Below are positions 39,662 to 53,107 of a stretch of 64,000 nucleotides of DNA, piece after piece. Each line of letters opens with the position of its first letter. Positions within the stretch are counted from its first letter, which is position 1. The notes below the pieces were generated by a model. The model had not been told where the DNA came from, made no database searches, and worked only from the letters and a program-made list of their open reading frames with translations. The translations under genes were made by a program, and so were the position numbers. The stretch lies in contig CM022672.1 in assembly GCA_012295275.1 (NCBI GenBank), positions 18,538,001 to 18,602,000 of the forward strand, written 5' to 3'. Source of the stretch: Chrysomallon squamiferum (lineage: Eukaryota > Animalia > Mollusca).

Positions 39662-41521
39662 TGAGGAAACGTTCTGCTATTTATTTTTATTTTTTATTTT
39701 GTTTATTATTATTATAATGTGGGTTTTTTATTATTATTATAATTTTTTTTTGTTGTTGTTTTATTGTTGTTTTTGGGTTTTCGGGATTTTTTTTTCTTCA
39801 AGTTTTCTATAAATAAGGCTACGAACTGTACTAAAAATACAACGGAACCAATACAAAGTTTTGTGTGGAAAATATTTAACTTGATCTGCTAAGCATAAAC
39901 AGTTCACAGATGCTGTATTAAACGTATTAACTGAATGCACTTACAAATGGAGAGACAGACATGCAGGAAGATGGAAAGACCAAGAAACAAAGCTGAATTC
40001 ACAAGTTCATCTTGGGCAATAAAAAAGTTTTAAAAAATATATCGGGTTGATGAATTAATTTGATTTTAGATTTTTGCAGTGAACATTCACATGAAGATTC
40101 ATTTGTATTATTATATATATATATATATTTATTTTTTTATTTTTTTTCAGCGTATGAAATAACACTGGCGTTCTTCATGCGAAACTTTTTCAACAGTTAT
40201 TTCCCTTGCAAGCGACAATCGACGAGAAACAAAACTATTAATTTTTAACAATATGTTAACAGTAGAAATTAGAATTTCAGTGTTGGTCTGTTAATTTTTG
40301 TTGTTTTATTTTTGTTAATGTTTTTGTAATACTAATTGTTAGGCAGACGATGTTAGTGTTAGTAGCTTGGTAGCAGTGATTCTTAACAATTAACAAACAA
40401 AAATTTAATTTTCTAAATTCTGTCAACTGAATAAACTTTGCTTTCATTTTGTGTTTGTATTCATGTTATTTATTTATTCATTTGTTTGTTTGTTTATTTA
40501 TTAGTAGTAGTAGTACTTGTTGTAGTTGAGCCTTTTTTGTACGTACATATATACATACATATATAAATGCATACATAAAGACATACATACTTAGAAACAT
40601 TTATACAAACAGATACATACATACATATATACATACATGCATACATACAAACATACATGAATGCATGCATACCTAATTATACAGATATATATACATGCAT
40701 ACATACATACGTACATGTATTCAGCCATATATTCATGCATACACACACACAAACACACACACACACACACATACATACACACATACACCCAGATACGCGT
40801 ATATGAATGTGTAACAGTGTTACACAACAATCTGTTGAACATCCAACAGACACATAACATTACGTAACTAATGTAGACTGCATTAGCGATGATTGACATT
40901 ACTGGATATTACAAACTACTGCTGCCTTTAAACCGTACCAGATGTCTAATACCAGATGTCTGCCAGAGGATCAGCAGAATAGGGAATAAAGGAGAATTCC
41001 TAATTAAAACTAGATTGCTGCACTCATAGTACAAAACAACTGCAGCGCATCTGCTATGTACTTATAGCACTGGCAACTTACAAACCAAATACAAATAATC
41101 GTCTGCTGAGGCGAGTCCAGACCCCTGACTTCATTTCTCCTCCTGGAACGTTCTTTGATTTATTAAAGACCGTAGAATGTTATTTTGCTGACTATGGGAA
41201 GGTGTACGTAAAACATCCATTGTTGCTAACCTGTAAGAGGTGTCTTTGAAAAAAGAGGCAATGTGTTTCCTGTGTCGTAAGACTGTTACGAGAAACACTT
41301 AAAACCGCACCTGATAACAGTTAATAAATAAATGAGTGAAAATAGTCTTAAGCAAATATTTACTCTATCCTTTTTTTTCTTTCTTTCTCCGATGCTCTTG
41401 TCGTCTCTTTTTTAACAGACGTCTTCGATCGTGTTCATTATACATAAATATATAACTCATTAATATTAATATATTGAATAAAAATTATTTAAGGAGAATT
41501 TAGGAACATATGAATTTCAAT

Positions 41522-41694
<173 letters not shown>

Positions 41695-41845
41695 GTTTTA
41701 GTCAGTAAAAAAGCTAAATATACATTTCATAGTGAGTGATATTAAATTTCACCTGTTTAATTATTTTATTTATTTATTTAATTTATTCTCATATTATTTC
41801 ATTTTTTTTAATACGTTTGTTTGTTAATTTATTATTATTAGTTTA

Positions 41846-41975
41846 AAGAAAACAGATAAAAATGCTGCTGCAACAGATTTCTTTCACCAGTTTGTTTTGG
41901 GTTTTTTTTAAACACATGATTACCATAGAAGAGGCAGTTTTCGCTCTCACAATAAACACAATTATGACAGACTGG
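41846..41975 (+). repeat. Dispersed repeat family D, copy 2 (downstream of the IAP)
   Basis: Direct match to 36752-36863 with a short internal insertion. Confidence 0.85.
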
Positions 41976-43094
41976 GTTGTTGGCTGCTCGCCATTCAAGC
42001 TACTTTAATATAATGCATTTAGCAGGAAGGCATTTTGTCAGCGTTAGGTGTACTCGAAAATCTCACAACCAATAAACATATCAGCGTTTTATTATTAGAC
42101 TAAACATGCTTAGGTTACAACCCTCGTACGAAACGAGTGCGTGCTGAAACAAATATTTAACAAAACGTCGTTATTTTATTATAAATAAAAATTTGAAGGA
42201 GTCAAAAATGTGTATTTTGTGCATGATAAATGATAAAAATGTGTGAGAGGAAACAATAATCATCACTCGCCGGATTAGCCTTACCGATGCACGTGAATGC
42301 ATACTCGTACACACACATACACAAAAAAAAAACGAACAGATATGCGTGCATATATGCATTCATATTTAGATATATACACATACACAAATATATACATTTT
42401 TATATGTGTATGTGTGTGTGTGTGTGTGGTGTGTGTGTGTGAGTATATATATATATATATATATGCACACACATACATACAGTTCTTTTATGTTCACTTA
42501 TGCTGTTTACACAGAGACATAAATAAAATTATATACAATGAAACAAATATGCACACAAAAACATATCCAATCACCTACACATATATCATATAAGTGCACA
42601 GACAGATATGTGCATACATATCCACTTGCGTAGCCATACATGGATGCACTTAGGCATATACAGGATTCACGCAAACATACACACACACACATTTTCATAT
42701 ACAGGATTCACGCAAACATACACACGCACACACACATTTTAACATAAAACTTAGCTTAACACATCGTAAAACAATCGAAAAAGATAAGTGAAATAACTTT
42801 AAAAAGCATTATGACGTCACAAAACACCATATTTAGCCTTAATGTTTTCTTCGATTTTATTTTGTTTTGTCAAATAGTTTGTATTTTCCATCAATTTTGT
42901 TTTGTTTGTTTGTTTAATTTGTACTTATTCTTTTTTTGCACTTTCTTTCTTTATATCTCATTTTTGTTTTCATAGTTTATTTATTATTACTATTATTTTT
43001 ACTATTATTATTATTATTGTTGTTGCTGTTGTTATTGTTATTATTATTTCGTTGTTTTGGTTTGTTTTTGGTTTTGTTTTATTTATTTATTATA

Positions 43095-43143
<49 letters not shown>

Positions 43144-43342
43144 GTTGTTGTTGTTTTTTGTTTGTTTGCTTGCTTGTTGGATTCTTCGTATTTTTTATTT
43201 TGTTTCTTGCACTCAGAGGAACCCAAATTGTTCTTACAATATTTTGTTTGTTTCTGTTTATTTAATTGGCAAATCTGAGACATTTTAATTCATATTTTAT
43301 AGTGCATTCTTAAAACGAAATCTTTATGAACACAACAACAAC

Positions 43343-43382
<40 letters not shown>

Positions 43383-43445
43383 GTGGTGATGATGATGATG
43401 ATAATTTTTCCAATAATATTATTTATTTTATTTTGAAAAATACAT

Positions 43446-43520
<75 letters not shown>

Positions 43521-45299
43521 TTTCTGGCACACATTACTTCGAATAGACTTAGAACAAACTCATAAAATATATATATATATTATTGGTAGAATAATAATTT
43601 AAAATAAAATAAATAAGTGAAAATGATTTAACTAAATTTTCATTTTCACACCAAGCAGCAGCAAACCGCTATAACATGTTTCTCAAAAAAAAAAAAAATC
43701 GACAAAATCTACCTTCATTTTTAATCTGGCCCAAATCTCAAAAAAACAACAACAAAAAAAACTAACTCCTCATGAACTACTTTCGCCTATTAAATAAATA
43801 TCGAAACATTTTGTTATCCTTTCTGATTTCCCTGCACCACTCTTCCACAACAAACTCTCCCTGCATCCCTTACTTAAACTCCGGACCCGCTCCTGAACTG
43901 CAAACATGTGCAATAACCAACGGTTTCGTCTTCCCATGTAGCAGACATTCCGAGTCCACGCTTGTTTCCAGTGACCGCCATTTGCAAACAAAATGTACCT
44001 GTGCGCACGAGGAGAAGAAATGCCGAGCAGTTGGTTGGTTGCATTGCCTTCCATGCGATAATTTTAGCCCGATTCGCTGCGGCTGTTGGCGGCTGGTCTT
44101 GCCTGTATTTGGGTATATACCGCGATACTCGATGCAAACTTCAGCAGGCGCTGGTGTGCTCTCGGAATAATCCGGAAAGGTTAGACCATCCGATAAATGA
44201 AATCCATAGACGTTAGGAAGTGACGTTAGAAGAAGAAGAAGAAGAAGACGAATAAACGAATAAAGATGTTTTTTTTTTGGTTTTTTTTTTGCTAATCTTC
44301 AACCTGTCAAAGGAGAAACATTTAGAGGGACTGATTGTTTTGTTGTTTTCATTGATAGGCGTGGCTTGTTCGATTAAATTAAGTTTTCTCTTTTTTTTCT
44401 GTGTTTATTTATTTAATACTACTAGTAGTAGTGTTAGTAGTAGCAGTAGTTGTAAATAGTTGCAATAGTTATAGTATAGCAGTGTTGGCCACAGTAGTAG
44501 CAGCAGTAATAGCAGTAGTAGGCGGGGTAGCTGTAGCAACAGAAGCAGCATCAATAAACGTAGTAGTAGTTTTGATTTTGTTGTTGTAGTTTCCAGCTAA
44601 CATGAATTATACAGATATGTTTTAATTAATTAATTTAATACATATATAGTTCATCTACCAGACCTTCATAGGAAAAATATAAAAACAAAACAATGGATAA
44701 AATAAATGTTCCTGTCATATACATATAAGCACAAACATACATACATTCATACATACATATATACATACATATATACATTCATATAAACATTATTTATGTA
44801 CTTTGTTTTGGCTTTTTTTTCTTTTTTTTTCCTTCCTTATTATTACTTCTTTGTTTTTTGTTGTTGTTGTTGGGGTTTTTTTAATGTATTCATTTAGGTA
44901 GAAGGTTTGGATTTATTTGTTAATTTTATTATTATTACTATTAGTATTATTACTGTTATTGTTGTTATTTGTTTATTCGTTTGTTTCTGCAGGTATATAT
45001 GCATAAATATAAAAAGAGCAAGAAAATTAACTAATCAAAAAAGACAAAACAAAATTATATCCAATAAAAACAATAATAATAACAACAATAAATTCCATAA
45101 TTAGACATAAAAAAAACATTATGGAAAATATATATATATTTTTTTACATCATTTCATAATAGCTCGACAAACCAATTACATAACAAAAACGAACAGAACA
45201 TTATCATGTCCGTCTCTGTCAACATTGTGGGTTAACGTTATCAGCAAGACACTGGACACCCGCCTGTAACCAACCACATGTTATTACCGTCTGCTTCTG

Positions 45300-45534
45300 T
45301 CTGTGACCATTTTCGCGAATCCCATAGCGAGGCGGCGCATCCGAAAATCGTCGAAGCCGCTATTCCCGATAAGGCGCAACAGACGTGTGACGTCACGGCA
45401 CTGTGGTATGCATAATAACCGGCGTTCGCCGTTCACTTTCGTAGCGCTCGTCTTGTGGACCGGTCAAGAGATAAACCGGAATTTTTAGTTTTATTAGGGA
45501 CCCATATATTGTGTCATTTTATTTAAAGGTAAGT
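45300..45534 (+). promoter_or_regulatory. CpG-rich promoter-like region and probable non-coding first exon of the RLC gene
   Basis: Local GC/CpG island with CRE TGACGTCA (45388-45395), ETS-like CCGGAA (45476-45481) and a perfect donor AAG|GTAAGT at 45528/45529. Confidence 0.45.
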
Positions 45535-47017
45535 CAGTCTATTGTTTATTACGTGTGCTTTGACTTTACGTACGTTTGCGAATACAGGAATGTAGTGGTT
45601 TATGTTTGTTTTTTGGGAGGGGTTTTATATATTAATGATCGTTTGTAACTGGTTTAGCAGTATTAGTGTGAAGGATTTACAGATTTGGAGCTATCGTCAG
45701 TTTTCTTTATTAATCTTCTTTTTCTTCTTTTCTCACCTTCTTTCCATAGCATAAAAGAAAATTTAATTTTATCATTTTTGTAAATATGATATAGATTTAT
45801 GATTATAAGCCTGAGATTTGAGGAACTTATTGAAAACTTTCATAAAGTTACTTTGCTGACTTTGTAAGTTGTTTTTTTCCCAATGCAAAACGTACTTACC
45901 CAACCCCTCAGAAAGAAAAGTTATATAATTTAATTTTACAAAATGAAGAGATAAAAACCTAGTAAACTGAAAAATCAGTTCAGCTAAATCTGCATCACTA
46001 GCGTCATGTAAACAAAATTTCAGATCACGTCACCTAAGAAATATAACTGCAATACTTTAAGCGACTTTATTTAATAGATAAAAATGGGAATGTCTCTCTT
46101 TCTATAAAGTTATAACAAGAACCCTAGATTTCTTTTCACCGAATCTCAAAATACAGATTAGTTTCATGTTTCCGAAACCGTCATCGTTTGCGAAATGTAA
46201 TTATTTGGCATAAACAAACGCTTTACAAGCGAAGACATATAGAAGTATGACTGGCAGTCTCAAATGATGGCATACATACTATTAGCACAGATTTTTGTAG
46301 TTTTATTTTTCTAATGAATTTTGAACCGAAATTCTTTGTTTGTTTTCGTAAAAGAAACCAATGAACATAAAATGTGTTTTTAAGCTCAGATAAACATATT
46401 CAGGACTGTTATTATTCTAGAAATAACTGATATAAGTGTCAATTATAACAGCAACCTTTCTGGAATAAAATAATAATATATCACGTACTAACATAGGTAT
46501 AATGTAGTAAATTATTATTAATTTTTAAAGTCGATGAGAATAGTTTAACACAAACCTAAGAATTAATAAATGGGTATTAAACAAAAAACAAATTTTGGTT
46601 TTAACGATCATTTGCTATCAAATATAAATTTTAGAGTATAATTCCATAAATCAGTTCAGGAAGCAAAAGAAATAAACCAAAAATGCTTAATATTTAATAT
46701 TTAATATATATATATATATAGGAGAGAAATTTTGCATGTATTTCTTGTTAAATTATGCAATAACTAAAATTTCCGAAAAAAAAAAATACTTAAAAGAGGT
46801 GTTGAAACGTTACAAAATGTTGTAGTTTTACTGAAATAAATTAAAGATCAGCAGAGCTTACAATGCATTTCAAGGTATCGGTTCACTTAGCTTTTTCCCC
46901 AATTCCATAACAGATACCATGGTAACACACACCTGGTATTTCACTTTACCATAGACAACTCTAAGCCAGTACCTTAACGAGGTTCACCTTGCGGCTAGGG
47001 TTACAGTGCGCGCATCT

Positions 47018-47031
47018 GTTGCCATGGTAAC
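47018..47031. promoter_or_regulatory. RFX X-box-like motif
   Basis: GTTGCCATGGTAAC, with a second near-match GATACCATGGTAAC at 46913-46926. Confidence 0.4.
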
Positions 47032-47241
47032 AACAGCAGGAGAAGAGGATCTCCTTCGAGTTGCCAGTTCACCTGTTTTTGCTATGAACTAAGATGAATC
47101 ATAAGTAACCTTTAAGCAGGATTTTTTTTTTTTTTTTTTTTTTATCTCACCTTTTTGTTTTACCCTTGAGAAATCTCTAAACAAGATTTTAAAAATAAAG
47201 TAAATTTTTATTTATTTATTTTTTGGTTGTTGCATTTATTA

Positions 47242-47293
<52 letters not shown>

Positions 47294-47321
47294 TACTACT
47301 ACTACTATTAACACTACTACT

Positions 47322-47357
<36 letters not shown>

Positions 47358-48411
47358 TTAAATCATATTTATTATTATTATTTTTGTATGTTTTTTTATT
47401 CATTATCAAGAGCAATATTTGAGTTCCAATTCTTTATAAATCTTTTTTTTCCCCTATAAGTTTCTTCTTTTTTTTTTTAAAGAAATAATTCCGTACGTTT
47501 CATACAACCGACTTTTCTTTGGCTGCATTCCTTGAATATGTCGGGTGTTCGATTTTTTTCGATTCCACTGACGTATGTGAAATGAAAAATAATGGGAAGG
47601 GCTGATGGATAAAAAAAGAAAAGAAAGATAAACCACTTTTAACTGTCAAGGTGATCAGTTAGAGTTACACAAATAGGGATGATGGTTGTTCAGTGAGAGG
47701 TACACCTGTTGTTGTTTAGCAAAAATTAAATTAGCAAATTCTTAAGTCCTCCGTGGAGAATGTTCAAAAATAAACTAAGATTTCCTCAGGGCTTGTAATA
47801 ATAATTTAGAAGCAGTTACTGCGGCCTACACATCAACGAAAAAAAATATATATATATATATATACACAGTGTTTTGATAGGCAGTTTAGCATAATATATA
47901 TATAATTATTTTACAGAATAATTTGTTTTACATTTTATTTTAACTCGGCTAGAATTGAAATAAAAGATCAGTGTAACTTAAAATTCCAAAATAAATTAAA
48001 TCAAAAATATTTCTGAAATGTATATAAAAAATAAATTAATTAAATAAATGAAAATAAAAAAAGAATGTTCAGCCTTCAAACGATTGTCTGTCTGTTACGA
48101 ACATAACATTTACATGAGACCAAAAAATTCTAAACTTTAAAAAAAAAAATATGTTTTAATATAATTTAGAATTTTACTCCCATAGTCTCAAAATCAAGTT
48201 AATTACATATTGATCTCCAGAGAAATCATGAGTATATAATCTGAATTTTATCCCAGAATTAATGCAGACTACAACTTCCAGGGTGAAAAAAAAAAAAATA
48301 CGTTACGCGAGTCTATAATAACAACTCGTTTTAAATAACAGATCTTACACACATAGTCTGACATAATAATCATAGATATTCTACAGCTTCAAACTTTACA
48401 AAATTCAGGCG

Positions 48412-48442
<31 letters not shown>

Positions 48443-48970
48443 TATATACTTGAGTGAAGAATCATTATCATCTAGTTTTCTAAAGGCACTAAAACAAACA
48501 TGAACACCGACAAGGTATCGCATTCCTCTCCAAGTTACACCAGCATTGATACAAGGCAGCTAATGGCCGCCACATGCAAAGGGGTAACAGATAGAAGGGA
48601 GGAGGTATCGGGTTACCGGGAGCCAAATATAGCTACTGCCAGCTCTGCGATTTTCGTAAATACACTGATACGGTAGTGCTAGCTCGGAGGCAGGCTGAAA
48701 GGTAGGTGTTTGCGTTAGCGTTCTCTCGACTCTGGGGGTTATTAAGTTTCTGCACTTGAGCTGCTGAGGTGGGAAAATGTTTATCTGTAGAATTCTCACT
48801 GAAAAATAATTTATGAAAAAGAGATTGTTACGAAAACATTTTTGGAAATGAAATGTAATTTTAGTGGTTTGAAGCTGCTGTAGAATTCTTAAGGTGTTTT
48901 TTTAGTTGTTGTTCACATCGTGTTTTTGATTCAGTGATATTACTGTAAACTTTTTCATTATCATCATCTT

Positions 48971-49048
<78 letters not shown>

Positions 49049-49803
49049 AATTATTAGGTTATTATTATTATTATGCAAGCAGATATGCCAACTGCAATTA
49101 CTGCAAATATTGTTTTCATTCTTTATTTTTATTTTAAAAAAAATACACCAAAAAACCCTCTAATTTCAGTTACAACAATACCTTCAAACTTTTAAGTAAG
49201 ATTTTAAAAATGTTTTATTCCAAAAATTAAATATATAAATTGAGGGTGGGGAAAAGTTAAGAAACACAAACATCTACATCAGGTTTCATATTTCTAAATT
49301 CTGACGGAGATTGTATTACTGGGCGCGTGCCAGAACTGAGAGAGTTGGACGTGTGCCAGATTGCCATGGACGTGTTGGAATTTGCGGAGGAACCTCTGCT
49401 TTCCCAGAACCCGACATAGCGTCTGCCACTTCAAATCAAGATGTTTTTCTAATAACAAGACAAGCAGATAACCTGATTATGTCCCTTTGAATACCAGTAC
49501 TATTTTCTACGAAACTGAACACAACTGTACAATCACTTCCAAATTAATCGTTTTTCTCTTTTACCTTCCTCGTAATTATTATTATCATCATAATCAATTT
49601 ATATGTTTGCTTGTGCTTATGCATATATTTCAATAATGAATTTGTAGTTGATAAATCTGGTTCCTGGTTGTTGTTAACTGATAATGGTTTATATTTGTAA
49701 CAATGAGAATTTGTGTGTGTGTGTATGTGTATCTGGGCGTGTTTTATTTATTACTAATTTAACTATATATATTTTTTTTTCTTTTCTTTTTCATGTACAA
49801 CAG

Positions 49804-49822
49804 AACCAAGATGGCAGAGGAG
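49804..49822 (+). CDS. RLC 19-nt start-codon micro-exon
   Basis: Polypyrimidine tract, then acaacag|aaccaagATGGCAGAGGAG|gtaaat; phase 0, compatible with both exon-2 variants. Confidence 0.75.
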
Positions 49823-49982
49823 GTAAATTTTCTTTTTCTTTAATACGCATGCGTATTACATACCTATATTCACCGAGTAGTTTCATTTGTCACTAATGAA
49901 TCTTAATACAATTGCGATTCTGAGCAGTTTCTTGTCGAAAAACGCGTGTTGGACACCGATGTTATTATTATTATAATTATAA

Positions 49983-50022
<40 letters not shown>

Positions 50023-51346
50023 TATTTATTTATTTTTCACTAATTTATAATGTGTCTATGTAATTATGTAACTGAAACTTATCTTTTTACATCGTTTCCT
50101 AACGGGAATTCATTTTAAAGAGTACCTTCAGAGTATATTCCGGTAGTCTAAATATATTTTGTATACATTTCAGTATATGCAACGACATCACCATAGAAGC
50201 AGTTTAAAAAATGATGTCACTTTAAAACGAAACAAAACAAAACAAATTATTTACTATTTTGTAGTTGAAAGTAACCGCAATGATTACAGTTCATTGAAAC
50301 AGTTAATCGAATATATAAGCAAACATACCAGTCAATCCTTAATATACACTGTTCGATTTATTTAGTTTACCTTATTAAAAAAATAATAATAATAATTAAA
50401 AAAAAAAAATAATAATAATAATAATAATAAAAATCTTTAAAAAATTCTTACTGCACTGACAACTGTTATGATTCTTTATCTGTAAAATTTGGTTTCCTGT
50501 AACTGCGATTGCTTTGTTAATTTCTGTGGATTTTGTCAAATTAATGTATTTATTGACTGTTTAAAACACCATATTCGAAGAGCAATTTCACAACGCCGCT
50601 GAAATCCTCGAAGTTACAACCATATGTGATTCAGCAGTACAGCGATTCGTTATTTATCTGAGCCGGAAATGATTCGCTAAAGGCTTTTATCTCCGTCAGC
50701 AATGTTAGCCTGAAGGTTATGTTCGCTTATGGTAAACCACTGTTTTATCAAAACTTCAACGTGGTCCCGAAGATAGCAATCAACTAATACCTTTTGGCTG
50801 ACCTCGTTTTACTTATGTAATGGTAACATTGGGGAACAGTCAGCGCTATTATGTAATGCAGGCTACAGCTATATGTTTTCGTTGCAAAACTGGGATCAGT
50901 TATCTCCTAATAATGACGTATTGAGCAAAAACCTACTCTAGTGTCAATCAAACTGTAAAACGTATTTGAAGTTCTACCGAAAATCAGATTAAACTGCTAA
51001 CAAACGGTTCGAGTTATCTCAAAACTGAAAATGACATATACATGTATATTATTGGAAACTATGTTTTTAACTGCATGAAACTTCGTTCCCTTATGAAAAA
51101 TATATATTATATTTTGATTACATATATTTTTTTTTTACTTTTTAAATTTATTTATATCAGTTTCTTCATCCGTGTCCAGCTGATATGGATTTCTTATTTT
51201 CTTATCATCTTAATAAAAATAATAATTTATATGCTTATTATTAGTAGTATTATTATTATTATTATTATTATCTTGTTATTATTAAATTATTTTTATGATC
51301 TTGTTTAAAAAACAAATGTATTTTTATTATTATTATTTTTAAAAAA

Positions 51347-51381
<35 letters not shown>

Positions 51382-53076
51382 CACTACACATTTTGATACC
51401 TGCCCAAATATATTTTCATAATAATGAAGAAAAAATAAAACGTTAATAAAAATTAATGTCATATGTTATTAAAACAATGTGTTGATCAAAACATAATAAT
51501 GTTGATTTTCTTTATAATTATGTATGTATGTATGTAACTTATGTACGATGCACTTGAACAGGTATTTTTCAGTTAGACGACTTAGACAATGTGCCTCATA
51601 AAGTCTTAGACAGATTCGAGTGTGTTATTGTGTATTATAATAATAATTTAGAATAGAAATTACTACTGTGTTTGCGATTCTTTATATTTACCATAGAGAG
51701 ATTGGTAGCTTCTATTTGGTTGTTGTTTTGGTTGGTTCATTTTTTTTTCGTGTTTTGAGTTTTTATGTGTTATAATTGGCTTTTGTTACAGCTTTAATCA
51801 CATGTGTAGTTACCCTTGTAGGTAGCAGAAGTGTCGTCAGGGGTAGTTGCAGTGGACATGCGCATTGGTGTGTTGCTAGCCTCGTTCTCGAGTGTGCTGC
51901 TGATGGAGTAGACTTAGACTGGTTTGGATCCCCCCCGTCTCATATTAAAAATAAAACACACACACAAAATGACACCAGTTTCAGTTAATTTAAATTTATT
52001 TAATATAATTATTATTATTATTATTGTCATTATTACTGTTATTGGGTTGCGAAAATAAATTTCTATTTATTAATTCATTCTTTTTTACCTGTCTTTCAAA
52101 AGAATATATATATATATAGTATATCCGTCCATAAATAATTTTTCAAATTTAAATATTCAAACGTTTCCCTGACCCCCCCCAAAAAAAAAAAAAAAAAAAA
52201 AATGAAAATAAAATATACTTTAGATTAACCAATGAAATAAAAATAACGTTTTGGAGCAATAAGTTTTATTTATTTGTAAAAGAACAACAAATACCCACCA
52301 AAAGAAAAATACGAAAAAAAACAACAAAAAAAAACATTGAAGAATTAAAAATTAAATAAATAAACAAAGAAAGAAAGAAAGAAAAATCGAAATAAAACAA
52401 ATGCATCTGAAATCAAAAAATACAAAAGGGGTCCATCCAAAAATAATAAAGAAACATAACAGAAAAAAAAAAAAAAAAACTGGTGACATTTTCGAGCTCG
52501 AAAAAAGCTCAGTGAAGTAAAGTTGTTTTTTTTTTTTCCTTTGTCTTGTTAATTAGGAAGGCGGAAAGAAGCGGGGAGAGCGGCACGCCTCGAACGTTTT
52601 TGCTAAACTCTCCAAGAAAATGATGCAGGAGATGAAAGAGGTATGATTAGTGGTGCTCCACTGTAGCAGTGGGCAGTGTTTACTCACGGAATACATTTTG
52701 TACTTTTTCAGGCAATTAAAAAGAAGGAAGAACCAAAGCGCGCACAGCGCGCGACATCCAACGTTTTTGCGATGTTTCGCCAGGCTCAGGTTCAGGAATT
52801 CAAAGAGGTGTGCGATCTACCAATCAAAATGGAGAATTAAACTTTTTCTTATAGTTCCGTTTCCGGTGACAACTTTTCGTTTTGCTTGCGTCATTTCCGG
52901 TGATATCCGGGGTCTGCTAACACACTTCCAGCATGGGCGACATAATGCCTTTTGAAATAACAAAAATCTTCCTCATTGCATTTTTTTTTTTTTTCCATAA
53001 TATATTTATCTTAAGTCGGTGCATGAAAATAAAAATATACTAATTACAATCTTTATTTTTCTTCTGTTGCAACTGA

Positions 53077-53107
<31 letters not shown>

